Assembly: GCF_001194135.2 (NCBI RefSeq)
Contig: NC_068998.1
Location: forward strand, 36,599,003 to 36,663,002
Reading direction: 5' to 3'
DNA: 64,000 nucleotides
Origin: Octopus bimaculoides
Taxonomy: Eukaryota
Shown: positions 1 to 12,347 of the stretch, piece by piece
How the letters are laid out: each line of letters opens with the position of its first letter
How positions within the stretch are numbered: the stretch's first letter is position 1
The notes under the pieces: generated by a model
What the model saw: the letters and a program-made list of their open reading frames with translations, nothing else
What the model was told of the DNA's origin: nothing
Database searches by the model: none
Program-made: the position numbers and the translations under genes

Positions 1-2469
1 GATACTTTTTCAAATTATTAACTATTTCACTTTTGGACAAGGTACCGACACACATGCTATCAAGTCTATTGCTCTCATATCGTGTACTGTCGTTCGCTAA
101 TTTATTCATTTCTCGAATGTCTATATTTCAGAATTTGTTACATTATAGAAGATATATTCAGTTTGCATCATTATAAAGAATATTTTAGAAACCTTTTAAT
201 GGTTCTTTTGTACACTCTGACCCTTTCTTTTTGTGTATAATCAGAAAACTACAGCCGGAAGTTAAAGTAATGAATATACATCCTCTCTTCGTGAATTTGG
301 CGCTGTTGAGACACGTTTCTCATTTCTATTTCGAGGTTTTGCCATTAGTATGTTCAATTTAGTTATTTCCTATATATCAAAGTCTTTCGTGAGCAATTAT
401 GGGTTCACTATAGGTTTTCGGTAACGTGAGTAGAGTATACATGATTTGGGCGTTCTGTTTAAGGTTATGGTCTCAATCCATAATTCGGTTTCCAATATGG
501 GTAATCTTCTATGGAAGTGTGTAGAAGGGGAGGTACCTTTTACTTTTATTCTATAGTGTGTAGAATTTATGTGCTATACAATATATATTGTGTGTGTTTC
601 CGTTTTCATATCTTTCCGACCTTCAGAATCATTTTAATGGCGAGGTTAATGTTGCAAAAATCTCGAGAGTACACTGTTATAGTAATATTAAAAGTATCTA
701 ATGTTTGTTATATTTGTTTATCCAACCACACAATCAAATATTTGACTTCGTTTCCACCTATTCCATTTGCGATAGTACTGTCTTTCATCTCCTTTGAAAG
801 TGCGTTACTGAATTTAAATGTATATTCGCTTAGTTTTTTTTTTTTTTTTTTTTAACGTAGCTTTAAGCCTGGCGCCGATTGCATAAGTAATCGTGATTCT
901 GATGTTGCTGTTATCTCAAGGGAGCTGGGTTGGTTTCTGTGTGGATGTGTTCCTAATGCTTGTCTCGGCTGAATGGGAGAGATAGTGTGTTTTAGGATGT
1001 TGTAGTGGTGTTCTGGGGCGTTTTATATATCTAGTTTTTTTTAACGTAGGTGTTTTGCATGTGTTGTGATTTTATCTTGCCCTGAAGCTTTTAAGTTTTA
1101 AGAGTTCCCTATTGGCTTGTGGTGTGTCTGATGACAAGTAAAAATTATGGTCTTGGTTGAAGTTGCATATTTTTTAAATTTTGTATTTTCTTTGACTTCT
1201 TTGCGTTGGTTCTTGGTGGCTGATTTTCGAGAAATACTTGATAACGGCATTTGTTGGTGTAGTGAGGATTGGGTGTGATGTCATAGGTGTCGCTGCTAAC
1301 AGAGCTAAATAGTGTTTTGCTGTTGTTTTAGCAATTTATATTGGAATGGTTAACGCTTTTTTGTTTTTCTAATGATTATTTTTTATGTATTTCCCCATTT
1401 ATAAGGAGTTATATTTCGGTGGTGGGGGCTTTTGCTTACTGTGTTTGAGCTTGTCTTTAGTTAATATTATGTTAACAATTCTTGGTGTATAATTGGGGCT
1501 GTATTCTTTATATTACATTATTGAAAATGTTTTTAGATGGGTCGATACTTATTTTGTTTACTTTAGATATTAAAGTGTCTATGTTGTCATTGATTATATG
1601 CTACTGAAATCAGAAAATCTTAATTCTATTCCTCGGTAAATAAAATCATTCTACTTTGCTTTTGTTTGAGGTTTATGGAAGTGTTATTGCTTTTGCATAT
1701 TTTCATTAATATGAGTGTGTTGTGATGATAATTGGCAGGTAATCTGAGGACATTGGGAGATTTTTTTGCTAGATGGTTATAGCAGCTAGTTGAGTGGAAA
1801 GATGGAATCTGGAGGGAGTTGTTACAGTTGGATAGGTGTTGTGTGTGTGAGAGAGAGAGAAAAACTGAGGAGGGAGAAAGAGAGAGAGATAGCGAGATAA
1901 TGAACATTATTTCGGATGAAAAGGGTGTCCAGATGCCCTAAATCTCATGCTTTATTTTATAGAATTTGTAAGATGCCATTGGAATTTCCCCCAACAATGG
2001 TGTTGTGAAGGTTTTCAAGTTTTGAAGTTGAGATATACAAACTGAGGATTTGGAGAGGATGATGTATGGGAGTATATATATAAATGAATAACAAAGAGGT
2101 ATTGCCTACTGCTGGTCTTTCTTTGTTTGGCTTGAATGTATGCATTTCTGGAGTGGCGTCATAACCTATTAGTTTGCAAATGTCTCTCGCGATATCTGTA
2201 GATTGAAGGCAAGATTTTATGTAAGTATAAGATCACAACCTTTTTCGGAAAAGATTTGGTCTTGTGAGTATAATTTGGAGTGGAGTGTGTTTTGTTATGT
2301 TATTTTAGAAAATGTTTTTAACGTATTACTACGAACTATTTCTTTTAATTCCATAAAAGTGTTTTTAATACCGTTTGTATCATAGAAAGTTTTGGATACT
2401 TAGTATCGTGTTTACTAATTCTAATTCTAAGTTAGTTGTATGTCAGAAAGAAAGAAATGGAGATAAATT

Positions 2470-2508
<39 letters not shown>

Positions 2509-3000
2509 AGATAAAGAGAGAAAATGAGAAAGTTGGGTGAGTGAAGTACGTTTTAATATAAATTCTGTGGGATCCAATATGTAATTTTCCCGAGAGCAGA
2601 CCTTCCAGGAACGACTAAGCGTGTGTGGAACATAGGGGGTGGATAAATCATGACTATGGCGAGGAGATGAGAGAGTGAGTGATGAGTGCCTGCTATTTGA
2701 TGTTGTTCTCAAGTTGTTGATGATGTTGCTAACTAATCTATATACTGTTTTCTGGTTTGCTTTATGTTTTCACTGGAAACAAATGTTTGTCAGTTTCTTT
2801 CTTATAGCTTATTTTGTTTCATAGGGTTAGGGTTAGGGTTATTAAATCATTTGATGTTGACTTTTATTTCTGTTGTGTAGGGTGTTGGTGCGTTGTGCTT
2901 GAGATTAACCTTAGTTTAATTTTATTTGGTTGACAAAATTCTGTTGTATAATTGTATTTTTCATGTTGCTTCGTGGGATATGTCTTGGTGGTAAAATTAT
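1..3000 (-). mobile_element. Degenerate Penelope-like retroelement (N-terminal region, RT and thumb); runs off the left edge of the window
   Basis: Manual minus-strand translation through stops and frameshifts gives ordered PLE RT motifs: 'TYAIGARLKATL' (~890-850, motif B'), 'FCNINLAIKMILKVG' (~660-615), 'RRLPILETELWI...YSRYRKPIVNP' (~510-395), 'FSDYTQKERVRVYK' (~245-205). A helical N-terminal-like region lies at ~3000-2500. Confidence 0.7.
2822..2841 (+). repeat. Short interstitial telomeric repeat, about 3 x TTAGGG
   Basis: tagggttagggttagggtta read directly. Confidence 0.8.
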
Positions 3001-4260
3001 CTTCTTATGCATTTTTATCAACATCGTCATACTTGTGTTTATCATCCTTATTTACTAGTTTACTGCAGTAACCTTAAAAATAGGTAATGTTTTCGTCCTT
3101 TTTGCACACATTTAGCGTTTAAGGTCTGACTGGGTTTTACCTAACTTCGTTTTGTCAAATTCGTCCTCATGCATCGTTTCTAACGGTAGTAGTTCAGTGT
3201 TTCGTTTCAAATTTCCATGTTTCAGCCGCTTCCAACATTCTCCGTTTGTTGTATCAATAAGCAATGTAGTTCTTTTTTCTTTCAATTATTTGTCCCGGCG
3301 TTCTTTCAATTCTTGAAGTGTCTCACTGTTTCAATAACTTCTTTGATATTTCTAGCTGCAGGTAATAAATTTAACTAACTCTGCACAGCATGTTTTCTAG
3401 CCCACACTCACAATATTGATGGTGTCTTCTGCACTTAACAAACCCCTGCTTCATTCTTTTTGTGGTAAATAGAAAAGTCTATTGATATTTCATTTAACGT
3501 AGTTTTATACATTATGAGCAACTTTGTAGGTCTTCTAACTAATTACTCTAGCTCTTTCTTTGTTCACTTTAAAAAGGGAGTAGAATGTATCAACACTGAC
3601 GCGATCCACGTACTGATTGCCTTGATAAAATTATCTTCCGTTTATTTTCTTGCAAGTATCTTCCCAGTCATTCTCTTGCACTCTTTGGAGACTGTCATTC
3701 TGACTTTCCTATCTAATTCGTTATCCTTGTATCCTTTCATTTCAATTACCTAGGGACATCGTCTAGAGGCGTCTTTATCTCATCAGATTTAATACTTCGA
3801 TCACTTTTCATAGTTAACGTTGCAAATTTATTCACTGCATTCCCTTTCTGAGTATTCTTCAAGGTTTAACACCAGAATGCAAGTCCGTTTCACTTTTGAT
3901 GTGCAATTTTAGGCCATCTATACATAGCAAATGATAAACTTTCTTCCTGTTCGTGGAAGTTTCATAAACAGGATTTTTTCAGTATGCCTGTCAAAGAAAT
4001 CAACAGAGTGGCAAAAACTATTGGAAAGTGCGTCTCCTTGAACTACTTGCATCCGGATTTTTACATTTCGTTATGTTTAATTTCTCTCCCCACGATCATG
4101 TTTTTTTTTGTTTGTTCTTTTTTTCCTAAAACTATCTATTTTCTCACGAACCTTTTCTTCCTTGAAAATTCTCGTAAATAATCAGCTCCATTGTTACTTC
4201 GATTATGCTTCGCTTCAAATATGTGACCAAAAGTTCCTTGCTGCTTCAGCATATAGTATA
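3000..4260 (-). mobile_element. Degenerate R4/Dong-like (REL-type) non-LTR retrotransposon fragment: RT, post-RT region and zinc-knuckle region
   Basis: Minus strand: 'KVYHLLCIDGLKLHIKSE' (degenerate YMDD motif), 'NFIKAISTWIASVL...W.KKELE.LVRR..KLLIM...RLFYLPQKE.SRGLLSAED', then 'VCKKDENITYF.GYCSKL' (decayed CCHC). This matches the R4/Dong pattern. Confidence 0.8.
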
Positions 4261-4274
4261 TCATTCATCTTATC

Positions 4275-4475
4275 ATTTATTTTGTACTGGTTTCAGTCAC
4301 CGGAGTGCAGCTGTGCGGAATCACTGACTTGAAAGATTTTAGTAGAACAAACAGACCTCGGTACTTACTCTTTGGTTTCTTTGGCGAAGCGCTGGATAAC
4401 AAGGATGTAAACAAACCGACACCGGTTGTTAAGTGGTGAGTCGGGACAAACACAAAGACACACGTAGAGACCAAA
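4275..4475 (-). mobile_element. tRNA-derived SINE, 3' half (microsatellite-containing family)
   Basis: Diverged match to the 'tttcagtca...gtaaacaaacc.acaccggttgt.aag..gtg..ggacaaacac' block that recurs at 20.5, 36.1, 57.9 and 58.6 kb. Confidence 0.7.
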
Positions 4476-4499
4476 TTCACTCTCAAGCCAATTCTACTA

Positions 4500-4880
4500 T
4501 ATGTATAAGGCCTGAAATTTAGGTGTGCTGTTGTTCGATTTCTTTGACCCCAGTGTTCAGCTGCTACTTATTTTATCGATTCTGAAATTCTGAAAATCAA
4601 AGTCGATCTCGGCGGAGTTTGAAATCAGATCGTAAGGCCGGAAGAAATAACGCTAAGCATTTTGCCCAGCGTTCTATCCATTCTACTGTAGGCAGTAGTT
4701 CAAGGGAGCTAGTTGATTTCATTGACCCCACTTCCGGATCTCAACTGGTTCTTATTTTATCGACCCCGAAATGATGATAAACAAAGTCGGTGGAACTTGA
4801 ACTGAGACCGTAAAGACGAGTGGAATACCACAAAGCATTATGCCCGGCATGCTAACTATCCTGCCAGCAGCTGGCCGCCT
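4500..4880 (-). mobile_element. Two tandem tRNA-derived SINE copies ('aggcggcgagctggcagaa' head family)
   Basis: Two successive 'gacccca...ttattttatcga...aaagtcg...tttgaa.tcag...aagcatt..gccc.gc' blocks; the same family recurs at 11.7, 31.7, 33.0, 35.5, 52.8, 55.9 and 60.0 kb. Confidence 0.75.
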
Positions 4881-5127
4881 GTGGATTTGCAGAATCGCCA
4901 GGAGTTGGAAAATAGCAGGTGGAATTTACTCCAGCAAACTTATGTTCTGAACAACCTGAGGTCAAATGTTTCCTTTCACCTTTCTGGAATCGATACCCTA
5001 ACCAGTCAATTACTGGTGTCGACAGAATCGATTAACTCTCTCTCTCTCTCTCTCCCACATTTCAGGCCTTGTGTCTATGTCAGAAATAATTATTGTTTTT
5101 GATGTGAAAATGTGGTCTCTATTTTTA

Positions 5128-5330
5128 CGTACATACATACATACATAAATTCATACATACATACATACATACATACATACATGCATACATACATACATAT
5201 ACATACATACATACATGCATACATACATACATACATATACATGCATACATACATGCATTTATGCATACATACGCACACACATACATGCATATACGCATAA
5301 ATATATATGAACATATATATATATATATAA
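5128..5330. repeat. (TACA)n/(TA)n microsatellite
   Basis: Direct inspection. Confidence 0.95.
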
Positions 5331-5611
5331 ATATATTTGTATCTGTGTGGGTGTGTACGAAACGTGATCCAGATATTTGCTGGAGTCTATTTCATTAATT
5401 TCCATTTACAAAACTGGATTCCTGTTTCATTAAAACAAATAATCTTTGTAGTTTTTATTATAATTATCACTGAATCCATTAAATCTTTTTGCATACAATT
5501 CATTTTCTCATCAAGACATCAATCCACCCGGCCATCCTTCGGACCAACCATCAATCCAATCAACCACCCATTTACCCATCCACTCATCAATCCTTCTGTC
5601 TACCTGCTAAC

Positions 5612-6500
5612 TTGTCCATCCATCCATCCATCCATCCATCCATCCATCCATCCACCCATCCATCCATCCATCCATTCATCCACCCATCCATCCATTCATC
5701 CACCCATCCATCCACCCATCCATCCATCCATCCATCCACCCATCTATCCATTCATCCACCCATCCATCCACCCATCCATCCATCCATCCATTCATCCACC
5801 CACCCATCCATTCATCCACCCATCCATCCACCCATCCATCCATCCATCCACCCATTAATCCACCCAGCCTCCCATCCATCCACCCATCCATCCATCCATC
5901 CATCCATCCATCCACCCATCTATCCACCCATCCACCCATCCATCCGTCCACCCATCCACCCATCCATCCATTCCTTCATCTTCAGTCCACCATCCATCAA
6001 TCTACCCGTCCATCCACCCATCCATCACCCTTCTATCCATAAATCCATCCATCCATCCAGCCAGCCAGCCATTCATTCTCGCCTCTGCCCTTTCATCCAT
6101 CAATCCACTTGTCCTCCCATCCATTGTTCTACCCATTCATCATCTATCCACCCCTATGTTCATCCATCTCTCCGCTTTTCCATCCTTCAATCCATCCTTC
6201 CACCCCTCCATGCACACTTCCAGAATCCTACCACCCTTTTATCTATCAACATATTCACCCATCCACCCGTTCTTTTCATTCTTCCATTCATTTATTCTAT
6301 TATTCAACACTTCCCTTCTCTCCCACATTTCCTCACTCTCTCTCTCTCAAGCCAAACATCCACAAATCCGTCAGCCCACGCATAATATATTTCATCCATA
6401 TTCCCCAAACCCTTTATCATTCCATATATCTATTGATCGATCCATCCATCCACCCATCCACCCATCCGTCCATCCATCCATCCATCCATCCATCTTTCAT
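5612..6500. repeat. Long (CCAT)n/(CCAC) tetranucleotide array, decaying rightwards
   Basis: Direct inspection; explains the HPSI/GWMD ORFs. Confidence 0.95.
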
Positions 6501-6570
6501 CCAGCCATTCAACTTTCCAATATACATTCGTTTATCTATGCATATATTCATCGATCAAGTAATCTGCCCT

Positions 6571-6620
<50 letters not shown>

Positions 6621-6680
6621 GATCTATCTATCTATCTATCTATCTGTCTGTCTGTCTGTCTGTTTGTCTATCTATCCATC
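6571..6680. repeat. (TCTA)n/(TCTG)n microsatellite
   Basis: Direct inspection. Confidence 0.95.
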
Positions 6681-6859
6681 CGTACATGGATGCATGTATA
6701 CATACATACAATCTCACACACATACATACAATCATACATACATACATGTAAACATACATAATATCAGCCGATTTATCTAGCTATTTATTAGTTGAATAGT
6801 AACTGCATACCACGTTGAACACTTCCCAGCACCATAAATAAATACTTTATCAAAATATC

Positions 6860-7200
6860 ACAAACAAACAGATTCCACAGCACTATTGTGCATCTTCTTT
6901 AATAGAGAAATCTCTCCATTAAAAGCAAAAATATGTCCAAAAAGCATCGTGTATTGTGTCAACAGTGAAGGAGCTAAAACCTCGAGCAGTTTAGCTTCAT
7001 AGGCGTCACAAAGCATCCATTTTAAACCTAACGCTATTTTCACAAATCGTTCCGTCATTGCTCCATAGAACACAGTATTGTGCTCGCACGTTTCATATGT
7101 CTGACACGAGAAGTGAAGAAAATAAAATGTAAATACCAAATGGTTATTTTAGTCTTAATTTGTACATTTATTCACAATAGTGGAGAGCTGATCGTTCGTT
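6860..7200 (-). mobile_element. Possible mariner transposase N-terminal (HTH) relic
   Basis: Minus strand 'FYF...YGAMTERF' followed by frameshifted 'RFK.D..L...TARGFSSFTVD', resembling the mariner 'YG..A.TER...RF..GD.SL.D..RSGRP.TVD' pattern. Confidence 0.35.
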
Positions 7201-7599
7201 CTCTCATAGTAAACAAGTAATCGATGCTCAATTTCACTCTATCGTGAGCCAAGCCAACGAGGGGCCGTCTGTACGTGATCACCCGACTAGCTAGTGATAA
7301 TAGCCAAATCTTCCTACAACCACGTTACCGTCTTAAAGGAAGCGACGAATAAGATAATGTAACTTTGCTTGCCCACAAAATGGCGCTATGGTCACGTCTG
7401 GAACAGTGGCGTATCTAGAATGAGTGCGGCTCAATGCAGTACTTCAGTTTGCCGATCCCCGCGTCTCCAACCCTATTTAGGATTACACAGCAGATTCAAA
7501 AATGCTGCCTCTATAACAGCGTCGCCCGGAGTGGACCACATCGAACGCTCTGCTCATAGCTATGCTGCTGAGATGGAACTCATCTGGTCATAGGGTTCG

Positions 7600-7778
7600 T
7601 CACACGTGACTGACGCAGTACCTCTTGCGTCTCGAAAAATACCTTCCCTGCAGTGTAATGACTTTGGCCTTCTTTGGAACAGGTGAGGACGGTTGTTTTC
7701 ACTGCGTGGATTGTCTCTGGCTCAAAGCGATGAGCCCAACACCCATCTAGAGTTAGGAAACTTTTCTGAACATCCTGC
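7600..7778 (-). mobile_element. Inverted mariner transposase fragment (first catalytic Asp region)
   Basis: Minus ORF 'FLTLDGCWAHRFEPET...PKKAK' is homologous to 8020-8170 on the plus strand. Confidence 0.75.
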
Positions 7779-8660
7779 AACTGTCACAACCGAGGAAAAC
7801 ATTGACAGTGTTCACTACATGATGATGGATAACATGCTATAAATCAAATAGCCAATGTTATTAACATATCTAGTGAGAGTTGAGAATATTCTGCACAATG
7901 GCATGACGAAGGTCTCTGTTCGGTGGCTGTCACGTTTTCTGACACCTGATTAAAAGCGCACATGGCTGATCACATCACGGGAAAATCTAACATTGTTTGA
8001 GGCAGATCCAGCTGGTTTCCTTGGATGTTTCCTAAGATAGGATGAGTGTTGGGTTCATCGCTTTGAGTCAGAGACAAACAAACAATACATGCTGTGGAAG
8101 CACCTCTCTTCACCCTGCTCCAAAGAAGGCCAAGCTGGTTTCATCTGCAAGGAAGGTGATGGCCCTCAGTTTTTGGGGATGCAAAAAGTTTTCTATTTAT
8201 TATTTGCAAAAGGGCTACTACATCAATAGAGAATATAATGCCAACTTGCTGAGGAAAATACAATTGGCTATCAAGACCAAATGCCCAGGTAAACTGGCGA
8301 AAGGGGTCTAGTTTCAACAGGACAATACTCCAACATAAAATGCTTCGTTTCAATGGCTGCTGTGTGCGACTGTAGCTTTAAACTGTAGCTTTGTGATTTG
8401 ACTCCATCTGACAATCATCAGTTTCCCAATATGAAAAGATACTTGGCTGGAAACCAGTATCGCAGTGATGATGACGTCATATTTGCTGATACTGATGAAG
8501 TTTTTGCCCAACAAAATGAAAACGTCTTCAACACCTGGCTCCAACACCGATAAAAGAAGTGTGTAGACTTCAAGGGCGACTATGTCGAAAATAAGACTCA
8601 TTTGGTCATATTCCATGAGAGTATCTTCGTCAGCCTATGCACTATTCAGCCGACCCTTGA
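7775..8660 (+). mobile_element. 5'-truncated mariner (DD34D) DNA transposon relic with right TIR
   Basis: 'DECWVHRFESET', 'PAPKKAKLVSSARKVMALSFWG', 'FQQDN', 'LQHR.KKCVDFKGDYVE'. The right end 'gtcagcctatgcactattcagccgacccttg' matches the 34.7 kb copy. Confidence 0.9.
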
Positions 8661-8699
8661 GTGTGGGGGGAGGTGCACATGCGTCTGTGTGTATACATA

Positions 8700-9909
8700 C
8701 AGAGTGCCCCCAAAATATATACGCACAATCACGCTTGACAACGTGCTTTCATTTTTTTTTAGATTTATCACATGAGAGATAGTGAAGGAAGTCAGGCTAA
8801 GCTATAAACAAAGAGAATTTTCTTTTAAGTGCTAATGGAAGTTTGAAGACGCCGTTGAAGTGCGAAGATATTTTAGGAGGGAGATTCAAAAACATCCACC
8901 TACGCAACGTCCTATCATTCGAAGTAGAGATAAGTCTGAAGCGGATAGAACCGTTCAGAATGTCCACAAATAATTTCTTGAAGACAGCGGACATCGATGA
9001 TCCCAACAAAGAAAGTAAAGACGTTAGAAATGAATGACCTGAGTTCCAGAAATATATGTGGAACTCACGAAAAACGCATTTCAAAAATCAAGCGCTGACG
9101 GCATTTTGAAGCACTCTCATTGGATGAGTTACATGCCAAGAATAGTTTATGCTCTCAATGAAGAGGATTCAAGCCAAAGTGCAGAGATTTACGAGTGGTG
9201 TAATACTTGGCAAGATGTGTAGAAGGTACACGCTTTTCAATAAAAATTGTTTGGGGTGATGCGGTTACTTTTCAATTAAAAGTTCGATCAACCACCACAG
9301 TTACACCTACTGGGGACCTAGGAATCGGTATACCACAGAAGAACATCGTGTTCATTTACCAAGAGCGACAGTATGATGAGGTTTATTATCAAGGGAATTA
9401 ATTAGAACTATTATTTTGACAGTATTGTGGCTGATCCCCATTTATTTGAACTTGTGTCAATCTGTCATGCCATGCATTCAGTTGTGAAGTTCTATTTCCG
9501 GCAAGATGGGATACCCACAAGCTAGCATAACAATACAAGGATCTATCTTGATAAACTTTTGCCAAACAGATGCATGGGACGAAGTGGTTTAGTAGAAGAC
9601 CCTTTGCGTTCACTGACCCTCATAATCCTAAAACATTTTAAGGAGATACTTAAAAGATAAATCCTTACAGTATAAAACCGGTGACCGTCGACGAATTCAG
9701 GGTAGCCATCTCATGAGAATGTGTATGATTACCGAATGAACTGCTTCTCGATTTTTGAAATTCCGTTGCTATGCGTTATCAGCAGCGAGTGTCCTGGAGG
9801 GTCATGAGTTTGAATTTCTGTAGATTCCCTTAAATTCTGAAAAAGAAATCTATTATAAAAAACACTGACATTATAACCATTCAATGCGTGTAAATTTTAG
9901 AAACGCCAG
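8700..9909 (+). mobile_element. Near full-length degenerate Tc1/mariner element of the DD41D (rosa) type
   Basis: TA-flanked imperfect TIRs (cagagtgcccccaaaatatatacgca / tgcgtgtaaattttagaaacgccag). Translation gives 'VWGDAVTFQL' (WSDEATFKL) and 'FRQDG...YLDKLLPNRCMGRSGLVEDPLRS', whose spacing fits the D41D consensus. Confidence 0.85.
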
Positions 9910-9941
<32 letters not shown>

Positions 9942-9955
9942 TGTATGCATGCACG

Positions 9956-9994
<39 letters not shown>

Positions 9995-9996
<2 letters not shown>

Positions 9997-10180
9997 CCGA
10001 TGCTGGTGTGTTTACGTCCCCGTCACTTAGCGGTTCGATAAGACAGACCGATAAAATAAGTACTAGGCTTACAAAGAATAAGTCCTGGGGTCGATTTGCT
10101 CGACTAAAGGCGGTGCTCCAGCATCGCCGCAGTCAAATGACTGAAACCAATAAAAGAAAAAGAAAAAGAAAGAATAAAAG
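9995..10180 (+). mobile_element. SINE 3' half preceded by (TATG)/(TG)n
   Basis: 'accgatgctggtgtgtttacgtcccc...ggcggtgctccagcat..cgcagtcaaatgactgaaac...aaaaga' family signature. Confidence 0.9.
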
Positions 10181-10233
10181 AATGTGTGTGTGTATATAAG
10201 TATGTATATGTATGTATATATACATATACATAC

Positions 10234-10270
<37 letters not shown>

Positions 10271-10444
10271 ATATAATATAATATAAATAATATATAAATA
10301 TATGCATATATCCATGCATATATGTACATACCTACATATATATGTATATATACATGCATATATGGGTACAGGACATCACAAAAACGTTGAACACAATATA
10401 GAAACGAAACATTAAAAACAAAAACATAATATCTGTGCGTGTGT

Positions 10445-10690
10445 GGTTTCAATTCCTGGAACGGGTAGTGCGTCGTATTCTTGAGCAATACACTTTATCT
10501 TACGTTGCTCTGCAATCACTTCCACATCTGACACGTGGTACACTGTGCAACTGTTTAGGAAACGCTTATTTCATGGAGCGACGGAACTAATGTTCAGCAC
10601 AGACTTTCGATCACTATAAGCAAATCATTTGTGCAGGTTTTTCAATAAGAAATTTTAGAACCGTCTTACCGTATTTCTCGGGCTACTGGC
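10445..10690 (+). mobile_element. tRNA-derived SINE (third family)
   Basis: 'gttgctctgcaatcactt...tgacacgtggtacac.gtgca.ctgt...caaatcat..gtgcaggtt' also occurs at 42.2 and 56.2 kb. Confidence 0.75.
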
Positions 10691-11185
10691 GGACTCCTCT
10701 CCAGAATAGTAGCGTTTAATTATGTAATAGAATCATGTATTAGAAGACAAATATTTTTGAATGAACATCAAGTTTTATACACCATTACCATTATTTAACG
10801 TTCTCTCTTCCCTAATACATATAACGCAACAACCTTTATTTCTGTTTTTTCCCCTCTTTGCACATCGAAGCCGCACTCTTTTCTTTGTAGTTTTCGTAAT
10901 GGCTAAATGTGAATATTATGTAATTACTGCATAATCGAACTAAACAGTCTCTCTGTCGCCAATAAAAGGTTGTTATCAACTAGAAGCTAATTATACTCCA
11001 CACCTACCGCCAAGATACGCAAGTATGTGTAAGAAAATATGTTTGTACGTATCTATACATATACATATATGATGTTTGTTTTATATCCAGTTATAGTTAA
11101 AAAGCAATTTTACATTAACCTGATGGATTACTCCATATGTTTGTAGAGCACAAATTTATTATTCTTCAACAAGAATGCTGTTGAG

Positions 11186-11260
11186 AGTGACTTCGAAGTA
11201 TTGGCCAGCTAAACCGTCGTTGTACGACGGTTTCGCTGGCCGAAAACTACGAAATCACTT
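11186..11260. repeat. Imperfect palindrome of about 75 bp
   Basis: ggccagctaaaccgtcgt-tgt-acgacggtttcgctggcc core, extended by agtgacttcgaagt / actacgaaatcact. Confidence 0.9.
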
Positions 11261-11711
11261 TTTATAATATTCTTGTTCCAAAATAATAAATATATATGCA
11301 TGTGTGTGTATTGTGTGCGTGCGTGTGTGTGTGTGTGTGTTGTGAGTGTGTGTATGTCTGTACGTGTGTGTGTGTGTGTGTGGGGGGTACATGTGTGTGA
11401 ATAAACATATATGAATCCATAACTGTATGAAGGGATCTAAACATGTAGTATTATACTGAATATTAGATGAGTGCAGTGAAAGTTAATGGGCGGGTAAAGA
11501 ATATACGCAAAAGACTTGCGGCGATTTCTTGGAGGTTCTTGGAGAAGAAAGAAGATAATTGCAGGAAGTGTAAAACTGATTAACACACAACTTAATTTTA
11601 ATGATTCATAGGTTGGTTGAAGGAATATGACCTTTGTCAATGAACAAGTTGATGGCTACGTATATGTTATGCATTATTAGACTTCTTCCGTGAAGGATCT
11701 ATCTATCTATC

Positions 11712-11947
11712 TATCTTATTTCTTTTTTGCCCACAAGGGGCTAAACATAGAGGTGACAAACAAGGACAGACAAAGGGATTAAGTTCATTACATCGACCCC
11801 AGTGCGTAACTGGTACTTAATTTATCGATCCCGAAAAGATGAAAGGCAAAGTCGACCTCGGCGGAATTTGAACTCAGAACGTAACGGCAGACGAAATACA
11901 ATAAGCATTTCGCTCGGCGTGCTAACGATTCTGCCAGCTCACCACCT

Positions 11948-11948
<1 letters not shown>
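11712..11948 (-). mobile_element. Complete tRNA-derived SINE with LINE-like 3' tail, flanked by (TCTA)n
   Basis: Reverse complement reads head ...gagctggcagaatcgttagcacgccgagcgaaatgctt...gagttcaaattccgccgaggtcgac and tail ...cccttgtgggcaaaaaagaaataagata. Confidence 0.9.
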
Positions 11949-11992
<44 letters not shown>

Positions 11993-12293
11993 GATCTATC
12001 TATCTACCCATCTATCTATCGATCTATCTATTTATCTATCTATGTATCTATGTGTATGTATACATATATGCGCCTGTATATTACGTAAGTATGCATATAT
12101 TTATGTATAATTATGTTTATATACGTAAGTATGCGTGTGCATGTATGTGTATGTATGTATTAATTTGTGTGCTTAGATGTATGTACTATGTATATACGAT
12201 GAGGGGTAAATTTATTTATTTGTCTGTCTGTGTGTGCATAGATATGTATATAAATGAAAATGTAGACAGGTAAGTTAAATATGTACATACTCT

Positions 12294-12347
<54 letters not shown>

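Noticed and set aside
3770-3800. Minus-strand CTGATGA as a hammerhead core
   Set aside because: No GAAA or stems follow, and it lies inside R4-like coding sequence.
5337-6780. Long ORFs (173-298 aa) rich in HPSI / GWMD
   Set aside because: They are read-through of a (CCAT)n microsatellite that lacks stops in several frames, not genes.
7365-7600. GC-richer island upstream of the mariner fragments
   Set aside because: No motif, ORF or second copy in the window supports a call.
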